Below are positions 1-10,031 of a DNA stretch of 64,000 nt, piece by piece. Made by a program: the position numbers and the translations under genes. The DNA is from a virus (Duplodnaviria > Caudoviricetes): the IMG/VR virus record IMGVR_UViG_3300009709_000023, positions 18,862 through 82,861 of that record, one strand, 5' to 3'. How positions within the stretch are numbered: position 1 is the first letter of the stretch; every line of letters begins with the position of its first letter. The notes beneath the pieces are model-generated. The model had not been told where the DNA came from. It searched no databases and worked only from the letters and a program-made list of their open reading frames with translations.

Positions 1-574
1 CCATGCCAGGAGCGCCCATACCTTGGTCAACGCTTGCTGCACCTTGCGACAATGTATCGGCAACGATACCGTCAAAAATTTGATTCAATGAACCACCACC
101 GTTACCGATAGCGTTCTTAGTAGGCAAAGGTTTAATCTTTGCGTCATCTTCAGCGACCAGTTGGGCGCTGCCGACTTGTGCCTTGTTAGGCACTTGGCCT
201 GCTACAATACCATTTTCGGTATTGCCATCACCGGCGTTAGCGATCTTTTGCAGGATCGCATCAGCGATTGCTGCACCAGCAGCGGCGGCTTGCTTATTCA
301 TAGAAGTTTCCTTGGTTTGCGTTTGGGCAGCAAAGCGTGCTGCAATTTCTTTAGCGAGGGCAGCACCCTTTTCGTGTGCTTCTTCGCATTCTTCGTCATC
401 TTTTTCTTCTTTTTCGTTTTCGCCTTCAGCTTTCTTTACTTCTTTTTCGCCTTTGCCGAAAAACGATTCAGCTTTTTCTTCATCCTTCTTCTCTTCCTTT
501 TCAGTCTCTTCGCTTGCTTGCTTATTCAGACCTGCCGAGGCAGAGAGGGTATTGATGATGTCATCGAGGTTCAT
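1..574 (-). CDS. Putative capsid scaffold / head protein (partial, runs off the left edge; missing from the ORF track)
   Basis: Hand translation from ATG at 574 (AGGA upstream) gives MNLDDIINTLSASAGLNKQASEETEKEKKDEKKAE... open to base 1. Charged low-complexity tract, KQA motifs, directly downstream of the prohead protease. Confidence 0.6.
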   Translation of the reverse strand, partial: MNLDDIINTLSASAGLNKQASEETEKEEKKDEEKAESFFGKGEKEVKKAEGENEKEEKDDEECEEAHEKGAALAKEIAARFAAQTQTKETSMNKQAAAAGAAIADAILQKIANAGDGNTENGIVAGQVPNKAQVGSAQLVAEDDAKIKPLPTKNAIGNGGGSLNQIFDGIVADTLSQGAASVDQGMGAPGM

Positions 575-624
575 CTTTAATCCTATATAAATGTTACTTA
601 ATCTTTGAAGAGCCAACCTTCAAA

Positions 625-2115
625 TCACCGGACATATTTATTAATAGTGCGGATCGTATCGGCGGTCGAAAGACAGTAGGTAGAACGATAGTCAGACGAC
701 TTCTTCACTAAAACGATTTTAACCTCTCCATCAGGAGCATTTTGCTCCTCTTGGATTTTTTCTTTGATAAGGGAGGTTATATACCACTTAGCTGCAAGCG
801 CAGCAGCTCCTAAAGCAATAAGTCTAGAGAACAGGTTTGGCTTTTCAGTTTCGCCTTCTTCTTTCATTTTTCTTGCTAAAGCAGCTTCAAATTTTTCTGT
901 TACAGTTGGCTCGATCTTAGGACCATTCCCGGAATAGCCAACGTTCGTACCTGGCATCCACATAACTGAAGACCGTTTTTCAACATATTCAGGAAGCATT
1001 GAAGATGCATGCACACTAGGAGCCAAGGCTACAGCAACTTCACGAAGTGGCCGGCCTTCCTGGTGTGAAAGTTCACTCGGAATATGTGAATGGACGTCCA
1101 TTCCTTTTTCACCTAGAATACGTTCCACCTCTTTTCCAATGCCTTTTAATTCATGCCCAAAATGTTTACGACCAATAATTTCAGCAAGAAAACCGACTGA
1201 AGGTGAAATACCCATAGACGCCATTGTTGTGAAAATGTCCTGAGGACTATGTACAAGAATGTCATCGATAGCGCGTTCTTCTGGGTCACGAACTTTATTT
1301 AGAATATCATCGAGTTGCCCGGATGTATCAACAACATGACCGGCCTCGGCAATTTCTTTAACGAGTTCTGAAACTTTTTTATGGCCAGCAGTTTTTTCTT
1401 TAAGACCTTCTTGTTCCGCTCTTTCAGCCGAACCTATTGGGCACTCTTCAGAAGTAGACGCTAATTTTTGGAGGAACGAAGAAGTTGGATCAGCACCTTT
1501 ATAAACGTAGCTGATATCATGGAAGCTTAAGGGCTTCTCATTAATTGCGTAGACACGGCGGCCATCTGGATAAATATGACCTAGCTCTTGGCGGAGATGT
1601 TTACAATATTGGGCACGAGTTGAAGCAATATTGCCACAGATACTACAAGTATCAGAAGCAACCTTACAAGCCATGGAAGTCGACGGGTACTCACCACGCT
1701 CAATTCTAGAAACTATATCACCGGCTCGTTTACGATCAATCTCAACAACGAGTTCAACACGATGCATACGTTCATTGTAAATAGCAAAGATGACTTTACC
1801 CATTGCAATGGTTTTGTCTTTGTTTACATGATGCTTGAAAAAGTGTGCCGGGTTAGTTTCAAAAGTTTTATAACTACGAAGCAAATTTTCTTCAGGAAAA
1901 TAATCGCAGTTTAAGTTGCATCCATAATATTCTGAAGCGCCCATAGCTAGAATATGGGCGTAAATTTTATCAGAAGATTGTTGTAGTTTTGATGCGTACT
2001 CAGAAATACGTAAATCTGCGGCTTGCTTAACAAGACCTTTTACGTTTTCTCTATCTATGATCCTGATGGAAGGTTCATCATAGAAATTATTCTGAATATC
2101 AAAAATTTTTAACAT
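625..2115 (-). CDS. Prohead (capsid maturation) serine protease with C-x2-C...C-x2-H zinc finger
   Basis: HFFKHHVNKD and YPSTSMACKV (candidate catalytic His and Ser) followed by CSICGN...YCKHL, an arrangement typical of HK97/assemblin-fold phage proteases. Head-cluster context. Confidence 0.7.
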   Translation of the reverse strand: MLKIFDIQNNFYDEPSIRIIDRENVKGLVKQAADLRISEYASKLQQSSDKIYAHILAMGASEYYGCNLNCDYFPEENLLRSYKTFETNPAHFFKHHVNKDKTIAMGKVIFAIYNERMHRVELVVEIDRKRAGDIVSRIERGEYPSTSMACKVASDTCSICGNIASTRAQYCKHLRQELGHIYPDGRRVYAINEKPLSFHDISYVYKGADPTSSFLQKLASTSEECPIGSAERAEQEGLKEKTAGHKKVSELVKEIAEAGHVVDTSGQLDDILNKVRDPEERAIDDILVHSPQDIFTTMASMGISPSVGFLAEIIGRKHFGHELKGIGKEVERILGEKGMDVHSHIPSELSHQEGRPLREVAVALAPSVHASSMLPEYVEKRSSVMWMPGTNVGYSGNGPKIEPTVTEKFEAALARKMKEEGETEKPNLFSRLIALGAAALAAKWYITSLIKEKIQEEQNAPDGEVKIVLVKKSSDYRSTYCLSTADTIRTINKYVR

Positions 2116-2121
2116 TACGAT

Positions 2122-2364
2122 TTAACTTTGATTTTCAAGGGTTTTGTGAATACCCTTTAAGGTTGACAAAGATTGTTCTTCCATACTAACTTTCTTCTCT
2201 TCTCGGCCTTCCCTGTGAAGACTCATACCGAGATTAGAAGCTCCCATGGCCAATCCGGTTCCGGACATACCAAAACCAAGCTGTTCAAGAGGAGTCATAT
2301 TTTTAAACCCCTCTCTAAGTCCGGTCTTCCACCCAGCAATTTTTTCGAGATAGCGATTAGCCAT
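2122..2364 (-). CDS. Small putative head protein with NRYLEKIA N-terminal tag
   Basis: MANRYLEKIAG start, Gly-rich hydrophobic middle, tightly packed in the operon. Confidence 0.6.
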   Translation of the reverse strand: MANRYLEKIAGWKTGLREGFKNMTPLEQLGFGMSGTGLAMGASNLGMSLHREGREEKKVSMEEQSLSTLKGIHKTLENQS

Positions 2365-2372
2365 GGCTTACC

Positions 2373-2867
2373 TTACATAAACATTTTAGGGCTGAATGCA
2401 TTATTCTGCTGGTAACGACTTTCCAGTTCCGTCAGCATTTTGATAGTATCTGGAAATATACCATTGAAGTGAATCGCATTGCTTAAAACAGCACCAAGGA
2501 CATTTGGATCGGCAGCAACCGAAGGGCTGAATTTAAAAATAGTTTCGCCGTACTGAGCAAGCTTAGCTTTATCAGCATCATGGAGAACAGGATTTGATTT
2601 GATAGCAGCATCTAAAGCTGCTTGAAATCGAGCATGACTAGAATGGGCTTTAGAATCCATTAATCCTTTCCCAGCAAGGGCTACTCCTCCGCCAACCACT
2701 AAGGCACCTAAGCCTTTTCCAAGACCCCCAGCAAATTGTTTTGCCAGTTCATTAGATAACCGTCCCCAATCGGCAGCCTCTTTATAAAAACCTTCCACGA
2801 AAGCGGCGGCTTTCTTTTCATCCCCATCAAACTCTTTAAGTGCGTGAGCCGCAATTTTATCTAACAT
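2373..2867 (-). CDS. Putative virion head protein
   Basis: MLDKIAA and KEAA motifs, Gly-rich hydrophobic segment, operon packing. Confidence 0.55.
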   Translation of the reverse strand: MLDKIAAHALKEFDGDEKKAAAFVEGFYKEAADWGRLSNELAKQFAGGLGKGLGALVVGGGVALAGKGLMDSKAHSSHARFQAALDAAIKSNPVLHDADKAKLAQYGETIFKFSPSVAADPNVLGAVLSNAIHFNGIFPDTIKMLTELESRYQQNNAFSPKMFM

Positions 2868-2882
2868 GTTATTATCCGTAAA

Positions 2883-3905
2883 TTAGTGCAATGCTGACCA
2901 AACATCATTTGAAAGACCTGTTGTAGAATTAACACCCGGGTCGTAAGCCACAGCATCCAAAAGAGGTCCTGTTGCAAGGCCTCCAAGAGCTTTTGCATTT
3001 TTAGCTGCTGTAAGAGGTGCTTTGGCAACAGTCTTTACTACCTTACCAATTCCTTTACCAATCACTGATCCAGCTTGTTGTCCAACATTTACAGGCTTGA
3101 CTTGTGGAATCGTAGGACTTGGAGTTGAAGAACCAATTCCCATAAACGCTGCTTTCTTAACCAAGGGTTCCAGACGAGCATGATTGTTTTTACGTTCTTT
3201 CAACTCTTCAACAACGTTGCAAGCCTCTTTATGGAGAGAGGCAAGTGCTTTTACTTCACGAAGACTGGCTTCTTTAAACATATCGTAACTACCGAGATTA
3301 CGATAGGTTTTAACATCGCCAGTAACGAGATATGAAAGTTGTGAGAATTGATTTTCGTCTGTTATAGAAGCTAGCTTATCCATAGCTACCGGATCCGCAT
3401 TAACAAGTTTGGCTTGCTTGATCAACTTCTCAGCAAGAATAGAACTATATCCGCTTAAATGTTCGAGATGTTTACGATTGGATTCATACTCAGTTTCCAA
3501 TAGCTTGAACTGGGCTTCCTTAGATAAGCCAAGGATGTATTCTGTTTCTGCAGCTTTCTTATCCATTGCCGTCTTCTCAAGATTCGGAGCCGAGGCTTGC
3601 ACCTCTTTCTGGGCATCTGGTGTAGATGTTTTGGGAAGGCCATCTGGCAAAACCATATGGGCCAAAACTTCTTTGTAATTAGCGACTGGAAATTCAAAAG
3701 TTCTATCTTCTGCTTCACTCAACATCTTTAAATATGTGATGTTATTTGTCGCTTCAATTGTTCGTTTAATTTGCTCAGAATTAAATCCATGAGCCGATGC
3801 TTCCTTGGCGATACCAACGCTCAAAGGAATTTTATCGTTAAGGAAACCTTCAACTGTTTTTACAGAGAGATTTCTAATGAGTTCGGAGTTAAAGTCAGGT
3901 ACCAT
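2883..3905 (-). CDS. Putative virion head protein with many K-x-A sites
   Basis: KEAS, EKTA, KKAA, KQA, KLAS, KEAS, KKAA motifs; TAAAATAC motif 5 nt before the ATG. Confidence 0.6.
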   Translation of the reverse strand: MVPDFNSELIRNLSVKTVEGFLNDKIPLSVGIAKEASAHGFNSEQIKRTIEATNNITYLKMLSEAEDRTFEFPVANYKEVLAHMVLPDGLPKTSTPDAQKEVQASAPNLEKTAMDKKAAETEYILGLSKEAQFKLLETEYESNRKHLEHLSGYSSILAEKLIKQAKLVNADPVAMDKLASITDENQFSQLSYLVTGDVKTYRNLGSYDMFKEASLREVKALASLHKEACNVVEELKERKNNHARLEPLVKKAAFMGIGSSTPSPTIPQVKPVNVGQQAGSVIGKGIGKVVKTVAKAPLTAAKNAKALGGLATGPLLDAVAYDPGVNSTTGLSNDVWSALH

Positions 3906-3927
3906 GTTGTGTATTTTAGTCTACAGG

Positions 3928-4632
3928 TTAGTCTGAACTAATCCCTGAAATAGGAGTTAGTTTCACCTCAGAAGTAAGAAGTTCTAGGTCGATTCCGAGA
4001 TCTTCCTTAATCGTATCGAGTCCATCAAATTTAGGACGAATATCCTCAAGAGCCAATTCAATGTCCCTACGAGCAGAATCTCCATCAAGCACCCATGCTT
4101 TAATAAGTCTAGCAAGGTCCGCTGATGTTTTAACCCACTTCACCGCTTCTTTGCTTGCGTCTGTTGAGTTAGCAGAGAATAGAGCTTCTTTAGATTTGTA
4201 GGTGGCAATTGTGAAAAGGTCATTTAGACCTTCAACGGGATCAATACTCACAGCCCCGCCAATTCGCCATGTAATGAAGTCTAGGCCTTGAGATAGGGCC
4301 CAAGTTTTGAGCATTGATTCTTCTCGGTCTGTACTTTCTAAAAGCTCAAGACGGTCGAGATTATCCATCCCTTCTATGTCGTAGAAAATCTTTTGGTAGA
4401 TTTCCAGGACAAAAGCAGGGATACCGAGAATATTGGAGATTTTTGGAATATCAGTAGAAGCAAGAAAACACGCCTCAATATAGCGCTTTTTGACTATCTT
4501 ATGACGCAAATCACAAGCCTTGTTAAAAGCCTGTTTTTCCGGGGAATCAGACTCGGACAGTATTTTGTCAACAAGTTCATCAACCCCGGTTTTCCTATCT
4601 CTGATTAAGACATACCGGTCACAAACTGCCAT
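3928..4632 (-). CDS. Hypothetical protein of the structural operon (likely start 4632; track start 4686)
   Basis: Long ORF; AGGAG upstream of ATG 4632 overlaps the stop of the previous gene. Confidence 0.6.
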   Translation of the reverse strand: MAVCDRYVLIRDRKTGVDELVDKILSESDSPEKQAFNKACDLRHKIVKKRYIEACFLASTDIPKISNILGIPAFVLEIYQKIFYDIEGMDNLDRLELLESTDREESMLKTWALSQGLDFITWRIGGAVSIDPVEGLNDLFTIATYKSKEALFSANSTDASKEAVKWVKTSADLARLIKAWVLDGDSARRDIELALEDIRPKFDGLDTIKEDLGIDLELLTSEVKLTPISGISSD

Positions 4633-4639
4633 ACTGGTA

Positions 4640-6583
4640 TCATTCTCCTGCGGCTCCGACGGTTTCATCCAGAGCCTGATGAACATTAACCATGTTCTTT
4701 AACTTCATCAGATTCTGACCGAGCGTGATATACGCCGTCTTAAGAGAAGCGAGGAAAGAAAAAATTGAATCGGCGTCGTTTGCGTCTGCAAGTCTATCAA
4801 TGTGAACACGAGACATAAACAAAATACGACCAAGCTTATCTACAGCTTCTTCGATGTCTGGCAAATATTCACCAATTTCGATAATGACATCTGGTACTTG
4901 AAGCAACTCTGAAATAATCGTTGCTTCTGTAGTTTGCGCATCACCAAGCTCAGCGGAGTTAGCAACGCGTGGCAAGAATGCACCATTCATACCTACGTCT
5001 TTGCTACTATCGTCTGGGACCTGACCATACTGAGGGACATTAGCATAGTTCTCATCAGTGGAGAACGCTTGCTTAGTCATATAAATTTTAGCGAACTTGG
5101 ATAGCTTGGCTTCCTTAACAAAGCTCTTAGCAACATCAGGATCGATGCCTTCCTTGATAACGAGGCGTTCCATCAAGTCTGGCTCAGAACCAACTGGAGA
5201 GCCATTAACAGCAAATTCAACTCCGTCATAGCCGATATTTAATTCATCGCTCAGAAGTTTTAATTGGTTAGCTTCACGCTTTTTCCATGCGGCATTTGTA
5301 GAGCATTCAAGCTCAAGGCTTACATCTGAGCCAAGTTTAATTACAATTGCTGTAAAAGGAATATAAATGTCGTAGCTAACACGATCATATTGACCCTGGA
5401 AATTACGGTAAGCATAAAGATGTTCAACCTTACCAGTGGCAAGATTATAAACCTTGGCTTCAATACCCAAGCTACTGAGAACTACATTGGCAGCCTGGTA
5501 AGGACCGAGGAATGTACCATCTCCTAACATAATAGTGAACGTGTCATTCATGTACAAATCTTTGAGCATAACCGGAGGGTTCATATCAAAGAGTACTTTG
5601 AGAACTTCACGACGATCTAATTCTTGGCCAACGGCGATGAAAGATTTTCCAAGGGCGTAATCACCATTAGTAAAAATAGCCATTGGAATATGATTTGATC
5701 CGTTTGCATTCATCTTAGGAATAAAAGCTTCACGAGAAGTACCATTGGCGAAAGCAACGTCATAATCCTTTCCGCCATCCAAATCAGTTACTGCTTTAAA
5801 AACACCATCAACATCATAGTTCTGAGCAGAGACGGCGACACGGTAAGTAGGTTGTTTACCGATGAAATGGTATCCGTCATCCAAAATACTATTAATCTGG
5901 ACTTCTCCCAGGCCAGCAGCTTGGTTATCTGCAGTGGCGATGGAAATGGGAACCTGGTTAGTTGCTTGGGGGAGCGCTGCCATTGACGGTGCTTTGAGCA
6001 CGTCGAAGATGGCCTTGAGTCCGAATTGCTCATCAAGGTTGTCGTAGACAGATTTTTCAGCCGAGAGTTTTTCAAAGACTTCATCCTTGACTTCATATGG
6101 AAGTTGGGCTAGGAATTCCACGAGCCGACTCCGAGACGCATACACGAATTTGCCCGTCCTGGGCGGATTCAGTAGCCAATACGTTGAAGGATTCGTGTTT
6201 ACAGTCTCGGGAATTGTCTTCGATTTTCCTAAAGCCGAAGTATCCGTAGCGCTCATTGCTAAAATGAACTGAACTGTCTTCTTCGACAATGGGAAGAATT
6301 TTTGCTGCGAGTCAATAAAAATTGAGTCAATTGGATAAACGTTATCCGAGCGTGCTACAACTGGAACATAAAGTAATTCCGCACCTGGTCGAAGAATAAA
6401 TAATCCAACTCGGACACTTGGGTCTTCTCCCATTTCATCCGAACAGTCTTTAAAGGTCAAAATGAAAGGACCCAATTCAGGAAATGACTGAAGAAATTTT
6501 GCTAAACAAATATCAGCAAATTGATCTTGTAAATCTTGATTTTGGTCACCTGGGCTCATGCCCTGATTCATACCTGGATTCAT
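4640..6583 (-). CDS. Large hypothetical, probably structural, protein (647 aa)
   Basis: Long ORF in the head cluster with KEA/KQA motifs near the C-terminus; no recognisable catalytic motif. Confidence 0.6.
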   Translation of the reverse strand: MNPGMNQGMSPGDQNQDLQDQFADICLAKFLQSFPELGPFILTFKDCSDEMGEDPSVRVGLFILRPGAELLYVPVVARSDNVYPIDSIFIDSQQKFFPLSKKTVQFILAMSATDTSALGKSKTIPETVNTNPSTYWLLNPPRTGKFVYASRSRLVEFLAQLPYEVKDEVFEKLSAEKSVYDNLDEQFGLKAIFDVLKAPSMAALPQATNQVPISIATADNQAAGLGEVQINSILDDGYHFIGKQPTYRVAVSAQNYDVDGVFKAVTDLDGGKDYDVAFANGTSREAFIPKMNANGSNHIPMAIFTNGDYALGKSFIAVGQELDRREVLKVLFDMNPPVMLKDLYMNDTFTIMLGDGTFLGPYQAANVVLSSLGIEAKVYNLATGKVEHLYAYRNFQGQYDRVSYDIYIPFTAIVIKLGSDVSLELECSTNAAWKKREANQLKLLSDELNIGYDGVEFAVNGSPVGSEPDLMERLVIKEGIDPDVAKSFVKEAKLSKFAKIYMTKQAFSTDENYANVPQYGQVPDDSSKDVGMNGAFLPRVANSAELGDAQTTEATIISELLQVPDVIIEIGEYLPDIEEAVDKLGRILFMSRVHIDRLADANDADSIFSFLASLKTAYITLGQNLMKLKNMVNVHQALDETVGAAGE

Positions 6584-6632
6584 AGTTTAAATAGCTCGAA
6601 GCGACTTAGGGCCGCTAATAGTCCTTCTGATT

Positions 6633-7349
6633 TTAGCTTTCTTTTATTGTAACACATTCACAAGGCCAGCCTTGGCACTCAATACACCAATAATGACGCT
6701 TTGCTCTGTTTTTTGTACGCGTTAAAACTTGTAAATTAAATTCATTGTGTAAGCCACAAACTAACCCATCTTTGTGTTGCAAAGGAATAATATGATCCAC
6801 TTCATGTGGCTCCCCTGTTTTTTCTAAAAGTGCTTTAGATTCTTTGTAGAATTCTTCTATTACTTCTTCATCCGCCCAGTCAACAAAAGCGTTTAATTCT
6901 ACCGCCCGCCTCTTAGAATCTGCAAGAAGAAACCTCTCGGGGCACTCCTTCTTCATTCGTTCATAACTTTGTTTTTTTCTTATTCTAGCTTTTTCTTTGA
7001 AATCGGGATCATCTTTGTGTTCTTCATGGTACGCCCTGGATCTCTCTGCTGCTCTAGCCCTGTATTCCGGGTCTAATCCATATTTATTATGAAATCGAGC
7101 TAATTTCTTAGCATTAATATTTGCCCTGTACATTTCATCTGTACATAATTTTTCAAGGTGTTTTTCGTACGCTATCTGGGCTTTACGTTTGTATTCTTCA
7201 GTATCTTTATGGGTTTCGTAATGACGCTGAGAAGCAGCTTTTTTTCTAGCTCGATAAGAAGGATCATCTTTTAATCTCTCATAACGTTTATGATCTTTTT
7301 CTTTTTGTTTAGCTTTACGTTCTTCTTCGGTTAAAACTTTACGTGGCAT
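6633..7349 (-). CDS. HNH homing endonuclease
   Basis: HEVDHIIPLQ...VCGLHNEFNLQVLTRTKNRAK; Lys/Arg-rich N-terminal region. Confidence 0.85.
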   Translation of the reverse strand: MPRKVLTEEERKAKQKEKDHKRYERLKDDPSYRARKKAASQRHYETHKDTEEYKRKAQIAYEKHLEKLCTDEMYRANINAKKLARFHNKYGLDPEYRARAAERSRAYHEEHKDDPDFKEKARIRKKQSYERMKKECPERFLLADSKRRAVELNAFVDWADEEVIEEFYKESKALLEKTGEPHEVDHIIPLQHKDGLVCGLHNEFNLQVLTRTKNRAKRHYWCIECQGWPCECVTIKES

Positions 7350-7403
7350 ACATCAATCTAATGAAAATAAAGGATTGATTATACAATAAGAAGGAAACCT
7401 ACG

Positions 7404-8201
7404 TCAACAACCCGGTGGAACCTGGTTATTCCCACTCGCAATATTCACAACTTGGCCAGAACTAGTAGTAGCAACGCTTGTTGCATTGCCAGAAACACCA
7501 CCAGCCGCCGAACCATTAGCAAGCACATACATTTTTCCATACAAAATATTACTGACGTATTGGTTTGGCGTCATACCGGTAGCTCTGTCATATCCCCCCA
7601 AGCCTAGATAAGCGCCAATTGAGGCTGCTATTTTGGAGCTAAAGTATTGACTAGAGTTACCATAGTGCCATCCACTTGAAGTTTGACTAATATGTTTGTA
7701 TTTACTTTCAAGAATAGTCAGGCCCGCCAAAATTTGGTTAGAAGCGGTAGCCTGCCCTTGATACAAAGTAGTTAAGTCTGTTCCAGGTGGAACACAAAGA
7801 ATACTGGCAATATCAGGTCTAGAGATTTGAATTTCAGTTTGGCCATTTTTTTTAGATGCCCCCTGAATAAAATTCCATCCCATACACTGCAAAAGTCCAT
7901 AGGCTTGGAGGCCCTGAGCAACCAACGATTTTTGTGTGGGAGTGCCCGTTGCCAAAAGATTTTGAATCGGTTGACTATTCCAGTAATCCTTAGCCCCAGA
8001 CGAAACAGACGTAGAAATAACAGGGCCAATAGCATTGTAGCTAAAAGAACTTTCCTGTTGGACCATAGCCATGACAATGTTAGCAATATTGCTTTCATTG
8101 TTTAAAGTAGAAGTGAAATATTGACCAAGCAGATTTGTTATAATTGTCTTAACATTCTGCTTGGTAGTGGTCGTAGTACTTGATCCGGCAACCGACGCCA
8201 T
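7404..8201 (-). CDS. Lysozyme-fold / SLT-like transglycosylase, probably virion-associated
   Basis: AMVQQESSF (catalytic Glu motif) and AYGLLQ; start overlaps the stop of the beta' C-terminal gene. Confidence 0.65.
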   Translation of the reverse strand: MASVAGSSTTTTTKQNVKTIITNLLGQYFTSTLNNESNIANIVMAMVQQESSFSYNAIGPVISTSVSSGAKDYWNSQPIQNLLATGTPTQKSLVAQGLQAYGLLQCMGWNFIQGASKKNGQTEIQISRPDIASILCVPPGTDLTTLYQGQATASNQILAGLTILESKYKHISQTSSGWHYGNSSQYFSSKIAASIGAYLGLGGYDRATGMTPNQYVSNILYGKMYVLANGSAAGGVSGNATSVATTSSGQVVNIASGNNQVPPGC

Positions 8202-10027
8202 TAGTAAGCCCCGTCTTCACCTTCACCGAATTCTCGTCCCAGAATGTACGATGGAATTGGATCAGTGCTATGAATGTCGGACGAATCACCGACTGCGGCA
8301 GAATCTGTAATTGTGTCTTTAAGTCGGGTGAAAGCAAGGCGTGAAACCCAGTTTGAATCATAATTCTTCGCTGACTCCAGGCCGGGAACGATCGGAGTAA
8401 CTTTGAGACCAGAGCCAGTCACTTTCACTGTCTTGACACCTTTCTCTTCCAAGTCTTCAATGTGGTTAGCATCCAGCAAAGTACCGGGCGTTAATTCGTG
8501 GACACCTTTAGCTAAAACAGTACCTTCAGCATGGCTAACAGGAATTTCTTTAGTGCCAGTACGAAGAAATTTCTCGGCTTCTCCAACACTTACAACTTGG
8601 CCTGGCATAAAACCAGTTTGTCCTGGATCTTCGACTTGAACATATTTCAGCAGATTCTTGGCAACGATTTCAAAGTGACGGGGATCCAAGCCGCCACCAT
8701 AAATTTCACGAAGTTCGTTAGCCATATAACGACGGCCAGCCCCTAAACCCCTGAGCTGAACAAGCTTACGGGGGTTAATAACGCCTGATGACAAAGCTTG
8801 TCCTGTTTTAACTTCATCTCCAACGTCAACATTTAAAGTCTGAGCTTGAGGGACAAAGTGAGAAGTATCTTTCACATAAACATTATGGTCACCCAGCGCT
8901 GTTGTAGAGATATGAGTAATCTTCCCATTATGTTGAGCAAGCGTTGCCTCATCCTGGAAGTTTTCAGTCGGGTTACGCATCAAGTTAGAAGCTTGTTCGT
9001 ATGCATTGCCTTTACGTTCACCCACTGACGCTTTGTGCTTTGTTGACAGAATGCTCTGTGTCAAAACTTCCGAAATAGATTGGGCCGCAATGACCCCGAC
9101 GTTTTCACCAATCTCAGGAGGGAGACCGTTTCCCATCAAACCGAAACATTTAACACAAACGCCATCATGAGCTTCACAAGTCATAGCGCTCCGGCATTTG
9201 ATAAATTTGCGTCCGGATTGAGCACATTCTTTATAGTACTGATCAGTGATGAGCCTGTTAGTTTCAGCTTCATAACGACCAATGATTGATTTCTTATCTG
9301 AAACGGGGAGATTGATACCATTTTTGGTCCCGCAATCAACAATGGTTACAACTTCATGATACACAGTGGGGCCAAGTCGTTTAAACAGTGCTCCTGGCTT
9401 TGACGTAGCAAGCTGTGTCAATACGCTATTGCCACGGCCCATATAGGAAAGTGCCGTTTGCTCTGCAGGGGTCATACCCTCTGCGAATGAATGTTTAATA
9501 ACAACAGGAACAATCTCACCGCTCAAATTATTTGAAATTAAAGGGGTAGCAGTACCTGCAGCCAATTGCTTTGGATTACCCCGTGCTCCAGTTTGAGCCA
9601 TCTTTGCAGCAACAGAGCCTTTACCAACGAGATAAGCAAGGTTCTGCTTTTGTACTTTGGATTCGTATTCGGTGATGAGAGACAACAGTTCTTTATCTTT
9701 GTCGACTTGAGATTTGTTAGTATTTAGAATTTTTTGAGCTTTGAAATCAAATTCGTCGATCAGTGTAGTACGTTCTTCAGAATCATTGATATAATCAGAT
9801 AAAGGCGTAGTTGCACCAATATCTGTAGCAACGTTAAAAAATTGTTTCGCTAAATCGTTAATGGTTTCGCCTGCGCCTGGCCCACCGTGTTTCAAAATCA
9901 TATTGACAAGGCTAGATACCCCACCTTTGTCTAGAGATTTATAGGGATCAAAGTGTGCCTTAGCGGCTTCAGTTGGAAGGGAATGCTTAATGAGCAAAGA
10001 CCCAGCAGTAGTGTATTTTTGTGCCAT
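8201..10027 (-). CDS. rpoC: RNA polymerase beta' subunit, C-terminal part
   Basis: TTAG start region, MAQTGARGN, bridge helix SFAEGMT...PGALFKRL, Zn site DCGT...RSAMTC...VCVKCFG, trigger loop GVIAAQSISEVLTQ...KH, HFEIVAKNL. Confidence 0.9.
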   Translation of the reverse strand: MAQKYTTAGSLLIKHSLPTEAAKAHFDPYKSLDKGGVSSLVNMILKHGGPGAGETINDLAKQFFNVATDIGATTPLSDYINDSEERTTLIDEFDFKAQKILNTNKSQVDKDKELLSLITEYESKVQKQNLAYLVGKGSVAAKMAQTGARGNPKQLAAGTATPLISNNLSGEIVPVVIKHSFAEGMTPAEQTALSYMGRGNSVLTQLATSKPGALFKRLGPTVYHEVVTIVDCGTKNGINLPVSDKKSIIGRYEAETNRLITDQYYKECAQSGRKFIKCRSAMTCEAHDGVCVKCFGLMGNGLPPEIGENVGVIAAQSISEVLTQSILSTKHKASVGERKGNAYEQASNLMRNPTENFQDEATLAQHNGKITHISTTALGDHNVYVKDTSHFVPQAQTLNVDVGDEVKTGQALSSGVINPRKLVQLRGLGAGRRYMANELREIYGGGLDPRHFEIVAKNLLKYVQVEDPGQTGFMPGQVVSVGEAEKFLRTGTKEIPVSHAEGTVLAKGVHELTPGTLLDANHIEDLEEKGVKTVKVTGSGLKVTPIVPGLESAKNYDSNWVSRLAFTRLKDTITDSAAVGDSSDIHSTDPIPSYILGREFGEGEDGAY

Positions 10028-10031
10028 GCAA

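Noticed and set aside
161-590. Plus-strand ORFs 161-580 and 183-590
   Set aside because: F/S-rich antisense shadows of the E/K-rich minus-strand ORF starting at 574.
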